NCBI GenBank assembly: GCA_951406725.2
Contig: OX597830.1
Coordinates: forward strand, 4,216,001-4,280,000
DNA: 64,000 bases
Direction of reading: 5' to 3'
DNA from: Octopus vulgaris
Lineage: Eukaryota
In this document: one piece after another, positions 25,285-38,700 of the stretch
Position numbering within the stretch: position 1 is the first letter of the stretch
Layout of the letters: every line of letters begins with the position of its first letter
Notes under the pieces: model-generated
The model's input: only the letters and a program-made list of their open reading frames with translations
Told to the model about the DNA's origin: nothing
The model's database searches: none
Made by a program: the position numbers and the translations under genes

Positions 25285-26634
25285 TGTATGTATATATGTA
25301 TAATATGTATATATAAATATGTATGTATATATGTATGTATGTATGTAACATACTTAATATATATTTATTGTCAAATATAAGAAGATCCCTCATCCATATT
25401 AAAATGCTAATATGATGATATTGCTGAATTAGAAAATGTTTTTAGATTTTCTACCAAGTCATGAATTTTGTTGGATTTTAGCTGTTAACAGCCATTTACA
25501 TCCTGGAAATTTCTCCTACCATCAAATGGATTTGTATTTCTGTGATAATTTTTTATGTATATGGTTATTTTATGTAGTTTATTATCTGTGGTTATTTTGC
25601 ACAGAATCAGTGGTTCGTGATTAATCACCGAAGTTAAGCATCATTCCTAGAAACTGGTCATTACTAAGATGAGAAATGTTTTATGAATATGAAGTATTAG
25701 ATGCAAGTATCTTGTTAATTAAAGGCTGTGCCACATATAAGAGGTTGTCCTTCTCGAAATTCAATGGAGAACTTTATTTCATTGATTTCTATGTTTTTCT
25801 CATCTACACATCAAATGAAAAGAGAAACATAAGTTGAAAAGAAGAGGAAGAGATTTTAATTAATACTAGTGGTGGAAGGTTTATAGAAAGAGTTGTCAAC
25901 TAAATTACGAATGAAAAAGTAGGGTTGCTGTTTGATGTGAGCCTCACTCCTAATTCATTAGATAATTACAGCAAAAACTGTTTGCCACAATATTAGCCAT
26001 CATCATCATCATCCTTGCTATCATCTGGTCAAGCTCACTCAGACATATTAGCCAAGATATTATCGAATAAATACAAAATCAATCTTATTTTTTCTGTTAT
26101 GTATGCAGGAGTCAGTTCAAACATGTCTTGCTTAACAAATAATTATAACCACTAAAGTAAATATATTTTCCACAAGTAAAAAAAAACTGAGAAGATATGA
26201 TGGTTGTGGGGGGGGGGTCTGTGACAGTGGCACAGGGTAGCCAAGCTCAGTTTTTGTATAACTCATTCTTTCCTTTTATTTATGACTTAGTGGAAGGAAG
26301 AAGGGGACAGAGATGGTAAATTTTGGTGTTGGTGGGAGGGGAGAAGAAATCATGTATCTGGTGGCCATACTAAGACCACTGTGACCTGATTCGAAGGATT
26401 TCTGCAGTGTAAACCTGGTTAAAAAGAACCAACGAACAGATGGTCTCCGTGGGCCTCAGACCTTCTTTATTTTCCAAATTTAACGTATATATATGAGTCA
26501 TTGAGCAGTTGAGGATTTCAGATAATCATTGAAGTCATGATTTGTTTAATTTTAGCTGACATTGCTGTGATGGCAAATGCGTGATATGTAGGGATATGTG
26601 TACATGCCCTAGCATTGAAAATGGATGTTAAATG

Positions 26635-26665
<31 letters not shown>

Positions 26666-26789
26666 ACAATTAACATGTAAGCCATGAGTAAATATAAATT
26701 AAGGAAAGAAGTTTGTGACTTATCGCCTCAATGTTCCAAATAAGATTCTTTTCTCCACTAATTAGATCACTAGTTTAATAGAAGTTTTT

Positions 26790-27600
26790 AAAAGCACTTA
26801 ATGAGTAGCATGGGCAACGACAACATTTCACTTCTTGCTGTCAGCTTATCACTTTGGTTTGCCATGATAATCTTCAGGCATTTTGTAAATTCTTCTAAAT
26901 CCAGATTTGAAACTATCACTGATTGACTTCCTGCTCTTCCTACCTTCCTTTTCTCAGACTTATTCCCCATATTGACATGGACTTCTACTTGTCTATTGTA
27001 TCTGAATGTATCACATCCTCCATCTATGGATGCAAACCATAATATCAAAACATATTTCTTTTACTGAAGGAGGAATATGGCGTTAACAACCATCAAAAGG
27101 TTCTGGTTTCTAGTTAGTACAAAACTAGTCTGCATCTTATGCCCATCTGTGTGATGGGTAATTAACTAGATGGCTGTTTCATTCTCTGAAGATTTTGTTG
27201 CAAGTAGAAGAATAATTTATAAAGCATCTCTCCAAGAAATTTCATCCCTCTTTGTTTCTTGTTCCATGGCATAACCTTCATGCACACCGGTGTATTTAGC
27301 CATGTGTTTCTTGATATAATCGCTAAAATCTCCAGCTGTGGTAATGATATTGTTGCTATCAATTCCCAGGTTAGCTTCGTGAAAGAGCGAGCTATCTGGA
27401 TCATCTTCTATGGCATAATCAAAGCTTAAAGATACTATCATAGTCATCTGCGTTTACATATTCTGGTTACCATCTTTAGCTACTGCAGTTACTTCCACCA
27501 CCCACATCTCTGCTAAGATTATACCTACACCACCCTTCCACCCTTATAAAGAATTTGTGCTTCTCACTCATAACTTAGATCTATCATTTTACATTCTAAT
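26790..27600 (-). pseudogene. Decayed RTE-clade LINE apurinic endonuclease region
   Basis: Minus strand gives GVGIILAEMWVVEV...EDDPDS...IITTAGDFSDYIKK...YTGVHEGY...LITHHTDGHKMQTSFVLTR, matching RTE EN motifs GVG.LL / I.AGDFN.H.G / GVHGG.G / LITY.SGG...QID..L.R. Confidence 0.75.
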
Positions 27601-30489
27601 ATCTCTACTATCTGGTCAGATCTATCTTCCATCGTAGCAGTATTAATATTCTCAGACTTGAAATTAAGAACCTATAACGGATGAAAAAAAATAACACTTT
27701 GGGTGGTGAGATTATTCAACGATAACAGAAAAGTGTTCACATCCAAATTACGTCTTTGGTACATAATATTGACTTGATATATGTCAGTCTTGTTAATTTA
27801 TTCAGTGTTACAGTTCCATCATTTGTATTGCATGGTTAATCTTTTACAACTGGATATTCTTTCTGTCTAAAACCATAAGCAAAGTGGACACTAGATATCT
27901 ATAATATGGCACAGCCACTAGCCAGGATGTCTTGCAAGACTAAAAGCCCTCTCTGCTTTGTACCAGTTTTAATTCAAAGTTACTGCCCTCTTAGATAAGG
28001 TGCCTTATTGGAAACCATTTTCCTCCTGTGAATTAGGACAGGGTGCTTAATTTTCTGGATAAATCCCCTGATCACCTTCATTGTGACTAAATTTACAGCA
28101 TCTTGTTTTTGATATTTTGTTTGAGTAAGAGAATGGAATAAGAGGGTAGCAAGGTGTCAAGATCTGATAATAATGCCTCAAATGAAGGGGAAATTGTTGA
28201 GTTACATTGGATTGCCCAGAGGCAACAGCGGAGATGTGGGATATTGGTAACTTAACATCAAGTGAACTAGTAAGAAGTAAGAAGATCATTGAATTTGTAG
28301 AAAATCCTGAAGAATGAAGTGGTGACTAACAGAATTGGTAAACTACCAGATGTACATCCCTTTACATTGTAAGTTTAGATCCTGCCCAGTTTCCATTTGT
28401 CCCTCGCCATTCCAAGGTTTATAAAATATTTGTTGTGAGCTTATTATAATCAGCTATCTCTTGAAGGAGGTGCTCCAGTAGAGCCAATTTGAGGACCGGA
28501 GCACGTTAGAGAATTAAACATTAATTTATTTATAATGTGTTGAAAATATGAAATCACATACAAAACCAGTGGAAGCAATATAGAAATATTTTGATTGCTA
28601 AGAAAGTACAAAAGTGTTTTAAAAGCTGTTGGCTTCATAGAAAAGCCATAGCTATGAGCATTCCTGAATTCTGCAATAGACTTCTCTTTCCATTTCTGAT
28701 TTATTCTCTTCCATTTGGACGACCACAGACCAACTCAAAATGTTTAGGACTGCAAATTCATTAAAAAAATGTTTTATCCTATTATATTTTTCAAGTAGAT
28801 TGTTGCGTAGTATGTATTTTGATTAATATCTATTATATTAACATTTTTCTTTTGTACTTCATGAGTTTCGATTCATGAGGAAAATTCTGTAATATGGATT
28901 TCAGATATTTTGCTTCAGATCCAAGCATGAGCACTGGAAATGATAACAATAAACAGTGGTAAAATTAGATCTATAGCTTTTATTTGCTTCACATGGCTTT
29001 CATTTTAAAAATCAATTGCATATTGTGATTTTAATCTTGTGTATGGAGCCTTGAGCTTTTTGCCAAAAGCATAGAATGCCATTTAGTTCACATTACACAT
29101 CTCTCTCTAATCAAATCAGTTCCAACCATATTCATTGCCTCTTCTTGTTTTGATTATTTTTCACACAAGAGTTTTTTGGCAAAAAAAGAAATTCGAAACA
29201 TTAAACTAGTAAACTTTAATTTTATTCATAAAATTAAAGTTAAGAATATAAAGTTCCTAATAAGACAACCAGTTTTCTTTATAAATTTATTTGAAACAAA
29301 TTTTCTTCATTTAATTGAACAGGTGTAAGTATTTTAATCAGAACTGTCTGATTTAGATTTCTAAATTTAAAATCTTCTCACAGGAAATTTAGCAAAAATC
29401 AATAAAATCCATTTTAAAAAGTTATTTTAATTATAATAATAACATTTACTTTAGGTTTACATTTTGTCTTTATATTTTGTTTATGGGATATCACGAGAAC
29501 GAGTCATGTAACATAAACAAAGATAAAAATATTTGATAAGTATTGTACAAGAGAGAAAAAACAAAAGCAATCAATTCATCACTGATATTGCTTATTTGAT
29601 AAAAATATATTCTCTTCAATACATAACACTTGAAGAGAAGGGTTTTCTTTGATTTTTATTATGTAAAAAATCCCATTATCATCATTGTCATCATCATCAT
29701 CATCATAATTATCATCGTTTTCACATCATCTTCTCCACAGTTTTATGTAATTTCCAACCTGGTAGTACATCTCTGTCTTACTGTGATGTGCACTGCATTG
29801 TCTTTTGGAAGTGAAGAATTGTGTCTGTATCCGATGTCTGTGTTGTGGAATTTGATTTGGTGCTTCTGGTGCAACTTCAGTATTTTGCCTGATTGTTATG
29901 TAGCATACGATGTGCAGTGTGAGTTGTTGTGAGTTTGTTGGGTGATTGTGTGTTGTGAGATATGTTTAGTTTTGGGTGTTGAGTGTACAAAGTAAGTGCT
30001 GTGCAGGTTGGTATATGTTGCAATCCACCTCATGCCAGCCATAGAGAAACATACCAGAAATGATGCTGTAGTGATGATGATGATGACGATGATGATAATT
30101 GTACAGAATATGTTGTGATATTTTATTAGGTGATTATGTATAAAGTGTATTCTGTATGAATTATCCTATTGAATTGAAAGTGTTTAGCAGGAGCTGTTTT
30201 TAGCAGGGGTTGTGTTTAGCAGGCCTGCTTCATGCTGTGTGTAGAGGTGTAAAGAGGGGGAATGGTCCCCCCCCCCCTGTTTGTCTTCATGTAGATCTTT
30301 ATCGTTCAACACTCATTATTATTGATTCACATTTCAATTTCATACCCTGCATCTGATTTCATTCTAGTTCAAGATCCTTGTATTTTTATAGTTTTCTTTC
30401 CTTTTTCTTTTTTAATTCCTTCTGGGGGATCTTTTGGTCAAAATATATCATGAGGTCTTGCAGAGTAAGCGAGAGTTTTGTCCCACCAG

Positions 30490-31010
30490 AACTCTATTGA
30501 GATCCTTTGTTTTGATTTCCTCTCAATCTACGCAATAATACTTCAGATTATTGCAGTTAGATCTTTGTCATGTACCAATGTCTTCTTATACCATGCTTAT
30601 GCCATTTTTTAAATTTCATTTTCCCATCAAAGTTTGGTGTTATTGGCCTAGAGCTATGGCATCCAACTCTGTCTGTAGAAATACCATCTTTTCAAGAACT
30701 GGGCAACCAGTAATGGTGTGATCAATTGTTTCATTAAATTGAGTGCACATTCTACGCTTGATGTCGGCCTCTTCTTTCATTATTTTCTTCTAATAGTTAT
30801 TTGTGATCCCATGTAACTGAAATCAGACCTTTAGTTTTTACATTTAATCCAGAATTATTGTTATCATAAGCACTTTTCTGCTCTACCACTAAATGTCTAT
30901 TGCTAATCTCTATGTTTGTATATGACATCGCTTTTGCTTTCTTTGTGATGCTTCTGTTTTTTGGCTGCAACATGGCTTTCACTCTGTATTACTTTCTCCT
31001 CTCAATCAAC
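30490..31010 (-). pseudogene. R4/Dong-type LINE relic (zinc-knuckle region)
   Basis: SGLNVKTKGLISVTWD..TNNY*KKIMKEEADIKRRMCTQFNETIDHTITGCPVL..DRVG resembles LK.ETEG.I.AAQDQ...CR.C....ET.DH...GC..L...HD.V. Confidence 0.7.
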
Positions 31011-31025
31011 TTTTGTCAGATATTG

Positions 31026-31234
31026 GTTTCAAATTCTGGCATAAAGCCAGCAAATTCAGGGAAAAGGCATAAATCAATTACATCAACCCCAGTATTCAAC
31101 TGGTACTTTTATTTTATCAACCCTGAAAGCAAAGTCGACCTCAGCAAAATTTGAACTTAGAACATAAAAGCAGACAAAATGCCACTGTGCATATTTCCCA
31201 GCATGCTAACAATTCCGCCAGCTTCCTGCCTTAG
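31026..31234 (-). mobile_element. SINE family B with 15-bp TSD
   Basis: Flanked by ttttgtc(a/t)gatattg at 31011-31025 and 31235-31249. Confidence 0.9.
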
Positions 31235-31992
31235 TTTTGTCTGATATTGAACACAGAGGTTCTCTCTGTTTTTTACTTCAATATATTTTTAAAATTTTAT
31301 CTTCATTTCTGCTTTCTCAGACTTTCCCATTGTTTTACTTAAATCTTTTCATTAATGTGTTTAGTTTTCAGTTAAACTCTTGCAAATAGTAGTAGTAGTA
31401 GTAGTAGTAGTAATAACAGTGTTGATGGTGAAGGATTAGCAGAATTGTTTTGAATATTGAACAATGCTTTGTCGCATTCATCCAGTGCAAATCTGGCTAA
31501 GATGAACTTTACTGTTAATCCTTCCAGGATGGATGAAACAAAGTACCAGTCAAGTGCTGTGGCTGATTTAATTAATTAATTATTCCTACCTCACAAATTA
31601 CTAGCCTTCTACCTAAATTAGAAATGATTATTATTGTTTTTGCTGCTTTTCTTCAAATAGACTCCAAATAGATTCACAAACTAAATATTATTTATGAAGG
31701 CCTTAACTCGGTGGTGTTATATCGCTGAGCTAAGGTTCCATTAAGTAGTAATAATACCGTCTCTCCAACTGTGATCATGAGACGTACACAGCTGAGCAGG
31801 GTTTGTTTTCTCTTCACATCTAACTACCATGACTGTACAAACAACTGCTTAACACTGCTTTGAAAGACGATCATTTGCAGAGTTGCTCTAATTTCACCAT
31901 TAATCATTGATGTTGATGTAATAGCATTGTAATCCGGGCCTCTTGCAACTTTCTTCGGTTTACTTCAGCTAAATTTACTCTTTCTTTCTTTT

Positions 31993-32243
31993 CTTTTATT
32001 CTTTTATTTGTTTCAGTCATCTTGACTGAGGCCATGCTGGAGCACTGCTTTTAGTCAAACAAATCGACCCCAGGACTTCTTCTTTTTAAGCCTAGTACTA
32101 CTGATCTCTTTTGCCGAACCGCTGAGTTACGGGAAATGTAAACACACCAACATCGGTTGTCAAGCGATGGTGGGGGGACACAAACACTGACACACAAACA
32201 TACACTCATACACACACACACACACTATATATATATGTATATA

Positions 32244-32286
<43 letters not shown>

Positions 32287-32441
32287 GACGGGCTTCTTTC
32301 AGTTTCTGTCTACCAAATCCATTCACAAGGCTTTGGTCAGCCTGAGGCTATAGTAGAAGACATTTGCCCAAGGTGCCATGCAGTGTGACTGAACCTGGAC
32401 CCATGTGGTTGTGAAACAAGGTACTTACCACACAGCCACTC
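31993..32441 (-). mobile_element. SINE family A, full length
   Basis: Tail cttttattcttttatttgtttcagtcat, internal (CA)/(TA) tract, head ...cttaccacacagccactc. Confidence 0.9.
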
Positions 32442-32797
32442 AGTAACTTCTTTATATTTTATGCATGCCCCACAGTGTAAAACATTTTATGTATACAATG
32501 GGTGTGTGTGTGTGTGTGCGTGTGTGTAATTTACTTCTCATTAAAATGATAATTTTGCTTATAATTAAAAGTATCATTTCATGTCTTGGGTATTTTATTA
32601 ATCTAAATCCTGTGATATATTGAACAAACATATTATAAATAGTATAGCATATAAGTCTATTACATATAACACAATCTATCACAGCTAAATAATGTCTGTT
32701 TTAAATATATTATGTACAATGCATAAGAAATATCTTATCTCTATTTACGTAATAATATAATACATATTATATGTGTGTATGTGTGTTATTGTGTCTA

Positions 32798-32835
<38 letters not shown>

Positions 32836-32889
32836 AATATATTATCTATTATAATATTGTGTACATTATATAGTATTCATAATAATAAT

Positions 32890-33335
32890 GATCATGATAG
32901 AAGTAAGTGTCCCTACTGATGAAAATATATCTGTAAAGGGATTTGACAAGCTTAGTAAATATAAGGACTTGGAAACTGAAATACAAAAGATATGACATCT
33001 TAAAGTGAAAGCTGTTTCTGTTATTGTATGTGCCCCAGGTATGATAAAAAGGAATGCCAGAAACATCTAGACGACATACCAAGAGAAACGTGTCTCAAAG
33101 TATTCCAAAAGATTGGGCTGACAAGTACTGCCCTCATCCTTAGAAAAACCCAATTAACTTAAATATTTGTCTTTTTTTTATCTGAATGTGTTTCTGTACT
33201 GCCCTCTTCTCCACTTTCCTTCCCTAAGCTTTCACTTATATTTCAACATTTCTTAACCTTCATTTATCTCAGGGTGCTGGGTGTGCAAGTGATTGCATGA
33301 AACATGCAGATTACACTAATAATAATAATAATAAT
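32890..33335 (+). mobile_element. R4/Dong-type LINE 3' end (RLE C-terminus, 3' UTR, (TAA)n tail)
   Basis: IEVSVPTDENISVKGFDKLSKYKDLETEIQKI*HLKVKAVSVIVCAPGMIK..QKHLDDIP...QKIGLTSTALILRK; ends in (TAA)n at 33317-33334. Confidence 0.85.
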
Positions 33336-33847
33336 GTAGTACCAGGCAGTGGCTCTCATGGCTTCTGATCTTAACTGATTGGAAGTGTTATCATGTACAT
33401 TGTTTTGTCTTGGTATAAAAGATGGGCTACAGCAAATATTCTGCTCAATACCACAGATTTGCTTGTCAGTTGTTTGACCGTAACCAGTTGAGCATGTCCC
33501 TTAGTGGCTGACGATATGTGCATCTCTGATCACGAACAGAAATAGTGGGGGAGCATCATAGCCATGTATTGAGAGGGATTTTTTGGGGTTTGAATAATTC
33601 ACCTCTGGAAACATGGTTCAACATCCTTAAACAACTCTTATTCAGGGACCTTATTCGACCAGAAGAAAATTCTAACTGGGCCCCACCTGCAAGGTCATGT
33701 GCTGTTTATCTTGATATGAGGTCACCATGCTGCGCACATACAGTTGTGAGGCATGTGCCTGGGGTATCCTTATCAGATGGGTAGTCATGATGGGTATATT
33801 GGGCTTACCCCAGTGTTACTTTGATGGTATGCACTTCTCTCTCACTC

Positions 33848-33891
<44 letters not shown>

Positions 33892-33900
33892 CAATAATAA
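33335..33900 (+). mobile_element. ~510-bp non-coding insertion between (TAA)n tracts, probably the 3' UTR of a TAA-targeting retroelement
   Basis: GC-richer block bounded by (TAA)n at 33317-33334 and a long (AAT)n at 33848-33900. Confidence 0.55.
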
Positions 33901-35340
33901 TAGTGGTTGATACATGTAATTTATTTTAAGGGTTACACAAAGGAAAAAAGTTTGAGAGACACTGGTGTTGGGATTCCTTTTTACATTGAAAGCCTGTCTC
34001 AAGTCAGCTTTATATCTTGTATCATTCCAAAGATGAGTATGAAGAGTGCAGGGCAAGAAATGAGGCAGCAGAAATTGAACTGTGCCTTTCTCTCATGCTT
34101 CAAATCTTTCTTCTATGTCAAAAATCAATGTATTCTAATTCCTTTGGTGAGAAATTTCATGAAAATTTTTGTATGAAAACTCATTTAGAAATAGACTGAT
34201 AAAACATTGAACAATTAAATATTTTTTCAGAATTATTTTAAAACTAAAGCTGATAAATGAAAATATTTTCTGACATTTTGTTTTCATTAAATTAAAAAAT
34301 ATTTTTTTTATATAAAATCTCTCCAGAAGTCTTTAATCCACACAATTTATTCAGTCCTGGTTTGTAAATAGTTACATAAATAAGATAAAGAAACTCAGAG
34401 GAAGAACAACCTCAGAGTACGATTCCGACTTCAGTGTAAGTCATACTTCATTGCTGATGTTACATTGTAAAGCAACATCAGTAGACGGAGGAGAGATATT
34501 GTTACTCGGTTATTACGACACTTTACAGTTGAATAGTTGGGAGTAAAATGTGCATCCATCTCTGAAATTACTTGCTTCAACCATATGTAAATTTTCCAAT
34601 TTGCAAAGACAATTCCATTTAAGCATGGTCAAAAATATAAAACCATATAGCATAAAACAAGTAAACAAAAAACAAATGATATCAAAATGACAAACATGTT
34701 TACTTATTCCTGCTAGCAATGGTGTTTTTTTTTTAATTGTATTTTTCTCTCTGTTCTTATAAAACACATTCTTTCTCTGTCTGTGCAGAATGAAGTTGGA
34801 AGTTACAAGATTTCACTCCAGGTGATTAGTATGTTTTGGTTTCATAAACTTTAAATCCGAAAATTTAAAGCTCATAAACAGAAGCACAACTTGAAATTAA
34901 TGCTACAACAAACAGGAAGGATGATGTTTACTGGCAGAGGCTAAAAGTTCTGGATTCTGGATGAAAATAAGCTGGTATTCATTTAGAGGTGAAGGGCAGT
35001 ATTTGCAAAGCTGTTTCAATCACTCTATTTCCAACTGTGAATCTGAAAGTGTTACTGCTGCGTATTTGAAAGTTGTCAAATGTCAAAGAACAAACAATGT
35101 TATTTAAATTTATAACTCACTGTTGTTTATAGAAGTCCGTAAACATCTAGTCAGGTATTTCAATGTATATTTCTTTTCTTTGTACAATTCTCTTTTACTC
35201 TCTTATGTCTAAAGCTTAATGCTTTTGCAAAAAAAAATGTGGATATTTTTTTAATAAAAAATTCACTGAATTATTTATAGACCAAAAGGATTGTAGATAA
35301 AATAACAATTTATGACAGAACTCTGCAGCGGAAATGTTAT

Positions 35341-35535
35341 TTAATCCTTTACCATTTAAACCAGTTAAATCTCGCCCAAATATTCTACCTGTATTATGTT
35401 CAAGCCAGCCAGATTCAGCCTCTCACACTTACCCTACAATGTCATTCTAAAAAATATACAATCACATTATTGAAATCTTGAAACAATGTGATAAAATAAG
35501 TTTTGCAATTGACAAAATAATCTGAACAATAGAGA
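35341..35535. mobile_element. Second TTAA-type MITE, right end decayed
   Basis: Begins TTAA-TCCTTT like the 9954 MITE; non-coding; ends ...taatctgaac with no clean right TIR. Confidence 0.45.
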
Positions 35536-35752
35536 AGAGAGAAATTACTTCTTTCTCATTCTTCTAATCCTTGTAGACTTAATGCTTTTGAAAGTGATGC
35601 TACCCACTGCAGTGTGTGCCAGGAAATTTCATGAGTTCTAGGGGCAGAGGGGCCATTAGCTGCACAGGATTAGGGTTATCAACAAATATTTTACTTGTCC
35701 TAATTTTCAAAAGTATTTTTAATATTTGTTTTGTGTGGAAAGCTTTATGTAT

Positions 35753-36014
35753 TATTCTGTTGTGTCTGGGGAGAGTCATTTTCTTTTTGTGCCTTATAAT
35801 CTGACACAACCACTGGTAAAAATTTCCACTTATTTCTTATTTTTATTTTCTAAAATTTTCGTTGCGACTTGCAATCTTTTCAATAGTTAAGGTTGTAAGA
35901 CGCAACGAAAATTTTAGGAAAATAAAAATAAGAAAAAAGTGGAAATTTTACTAGTGAGTGTGTTAGATTATAAAGCACAAAAAGGAAATGACTCTCCCCA
36001 GACACAACAGAATA
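35753..36014. repeat. Long inverted repeat (~125-bp arms) with HHR-like motif at its centre
   Basis: tattctgttgtgtctggggagagtcat...ctaaaattttcgttgcgacttgcaa / ttgtaagacgcaacgaaaattttag...atgactctccccagacacaacagaata. Confidence 0.95.
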
Positions 36015-37009
36015 TGCTTCAACACACGAACTCACATAAAGAATCTTGCAAACCAAATCCCAAAACGAAATATTTATGTATTATTAGTATTTTGATATTC
36101 CAAATAGTCTTTTATTGGTGATCACCCTGACAGAAGCAGCATATTCTGGTATATACGGTTATATAAGCATAACACTTCATTTGAACCTTTTTATCTATCT
36201 GTCTGTCTGTCTATCTATCTAATATACCTATGTAAGTGTGTATATTTGTATGTAGTGCAAGATAGACACACACACACACACACACACATTTACTCTAATC
36301 TGCTTTTAACTATTAATCAATCATGAAATCACTAAAACTCATACCATCAATATTTTAAAGTCAATATTTTTCAATGGTTTTCACCTGCTAAACTTGAAAA
36401 TACTACTTCTTACAGTCGCTGAATAATTTATAAGCAATAAACTTAAGATGCAGTTTTAGCAGAAACTTGAAAAATTTCCCTGACTCTATTTTCATTAAAT
36501 GAATAATTTAGTTGTATGATTTTTCTACCGTTTGACATATTGGTCGAAAGAAAAGAAAATTCATTTGTAATAATTTATTTATATTCTTTGAAAGATGTAT
36601 TTGGATATAAATTACTTTGTATGCAAACAATAATTCACTTTTAATTCATGTCTATGCACATCACCCTGTATATGTATACAAAAGTGTGTGTGTGTGTGTG
36701 AATAATTTTGTGTTACACTAAGTGGTGCATGGTAGCAGAATTTTTGACATGAGTCATTTGGAGTCATAATAATGAAGTCCAACCAAATATCGATATTTTA
36801 GAGTCATTTAATATACACACTTCAGGTCTCAGTAATATATAATAGGAAATGAACCCATTACATAAAACCTTCTTTGAAATGTTTCAACTGACGATGTTCT
36901 TATGTAATGGATGAATTTCCTGTAATAAGTATATTACATAAACCTGAAATGTACATATTAAATAATTTCAAAATATCACTATTTAGTCTGACTTCATTAC
37001 CACAACTTG

Positions 37010-37048
<39 letters not shown>

Positions 37049-37120
37049 ATATAACTGTGTGACTTTCTACCTCTGTCTTCCCTTCCTTTGGACTTGCCTC
37101 TGTTTCTGAAGAAGCATTTA

Positions 37121-37741
37121 GAGTCATCCTTTACCTTATTTCTGACCACTGACCAAGTACACGTCTGGAGACAGCCAAATGAAGCATTTGACTCAGACTG
37201 CCTTCTTCCAACTGTTAAACATGGAGGTGGGTCTGTGATGATCTGGGGGTCTATATCTTGGAAATCCGCCAGCCCAATGGTTTCCCTTCATGGCAGACTT
37301 AATAGCCAAGACTATTTAAGCATTTTATCTAGTCAAATTCATCCTTTGGTTGTGGAACTGTTTCTGGTGGGAAACACAATCTTTCAGGATGGTAATGCAC
37401 CAATTCACATAGCTAAAGTCGTTACTGAATGGCACAAGGAACATTCTAGTAAAGTTGAACATCTTATCTGGCCACCACAGTCTCCAGATCTCGATATTAT
37501 TGAATATTTATGGTGCATTTTAGAAAAACAAATAAGGAGTTGATATCCTCCACTATAAGAACTGGAGACTGTTTTAGCTGAAGAATGGACAAATATTCCT
37601 CTTTGGAAACAATTCAAACTTTGTACAAGTCCATAGCTCATAGAATTCAAGCTGTAATTAATGCCAAAGGTGGTCCTACCCTAAATTAAAATAAATTTGT
37701 TCGAAATTTTAAGGTGTTTCCATTATTTTTTCCAACCCCTG
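37121..37741 (+). mobile_element. Tc1-like DD37E transposon, 3' half with right TIR
   Basis: ESSFTLF..VHVWRQPNEAFDSDCLLPTVKHGGGSVMIWG...FQDGNAPIH...WPPQSPDLDIIEYLW...RIQAVINAKGGPT, with 37 residues between D and E. Ends ggtgtttccattattttttccaacccctg next to (TA)n. Stop and frameshifts follow residue ~140. Confidence 0.9.
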
Positions 37742-37780
<39 letters not shown>

Positions 37781-37831
37781 TTCTGTGTGTATGTGTGTGT
37801 AATAGTGTATATGAATCCCTCCTTCTCTGCT

Positions 37832-37876
<45 letters not shown>

Positions 37877-38439
37877 CATATAGATATGTGTGTGTTTATT
37901 CATACACACACACACACACACATACATATATATATATGTTTATGTATAAACAAGATCTTTACTTTTAAAAACACTATTTAGAAGACAAGGTTATGTGTGT
38001 GTTTAATATTTGCTTTAAGGATTTTTCACGCACAAATATTTTGCAGCGATTTCCCCTTACTGCTGCACTATGGGTTAACATTGCAGGCTCTTGTGTTTTC
38101 TAATAACAATGCTTCCCTTTTGAAAGTAGTGTTTTGCAGCTAAATTTTCTTCCTGTCATCAACCCTAGACTTTTATGTTGTCAAACTAACAGTTGTCATG
38201 GAATTTCAGGATGGATGCAAACTGTAATTTTTTCTCTGCTTTTCCACATTATAGCAAAAAACTTAATGGAACTCTGACAAAATGTTTTAACATGTTGAAA
38301 ATTACACATTCTGAGTAATCTCTTGATGCAGACAATGACTTGTTGGGTGATGTTGGGGAGAGGGCACATACTCTACAAGTTTCCTTTTTAGTGAATAATA
38401 TAAAAATATTCTTCAGTATTGCAAATGTGTCCGACATCT

Positions 38440-38700
38440 TTGTATATCTTTCAGCATAGGGCTGTGTTACACATAATGCTTCCCTCATGAGTGAGCTATT
38501 TTTGTGAAGAATTCTATTCAATATGGTTGTCTTACTAATGTTTTCCTATCTAGCTTTGGTTTGATGTTGAATTGCAGACTTCATTGTAAGTACATAGGGA
38601 GTCTTTTTGGAAGTGTTGTACATAAGTATGTGTGCTTATATTGTAGCACCGTGTGTATCTCCTGGTTTTAGAATAGACGGAATTGCAGTGGGTTGTATGA
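38440..38700 (-). pseudogene. Second decayed PLE GIY-YIG C-terminus
   Basis: Frameshifted minus strand TYLCTTLPKRLPMYLQ..SAIQH..LDRKTLV.TTILNR....LMREAL....P resembles YIG.TTTTL.RRL.MH....AI..H....RK.L..NTTIL....L.I.EAL.I....P. Confidence 0.45.

Noticed and set aside
34376-34821. ATG-less open frame (..RGRTTSEYDSDFS.. with GTAAGT), a short ctgatgtt/aacatcag hairpin, and a 33-nt AG..GT micro-exon candidate at 34789-34821
   Set aside because: No recognisable homology or matching strong splice pairs; the hairpin is too short for a miRNA precursor.
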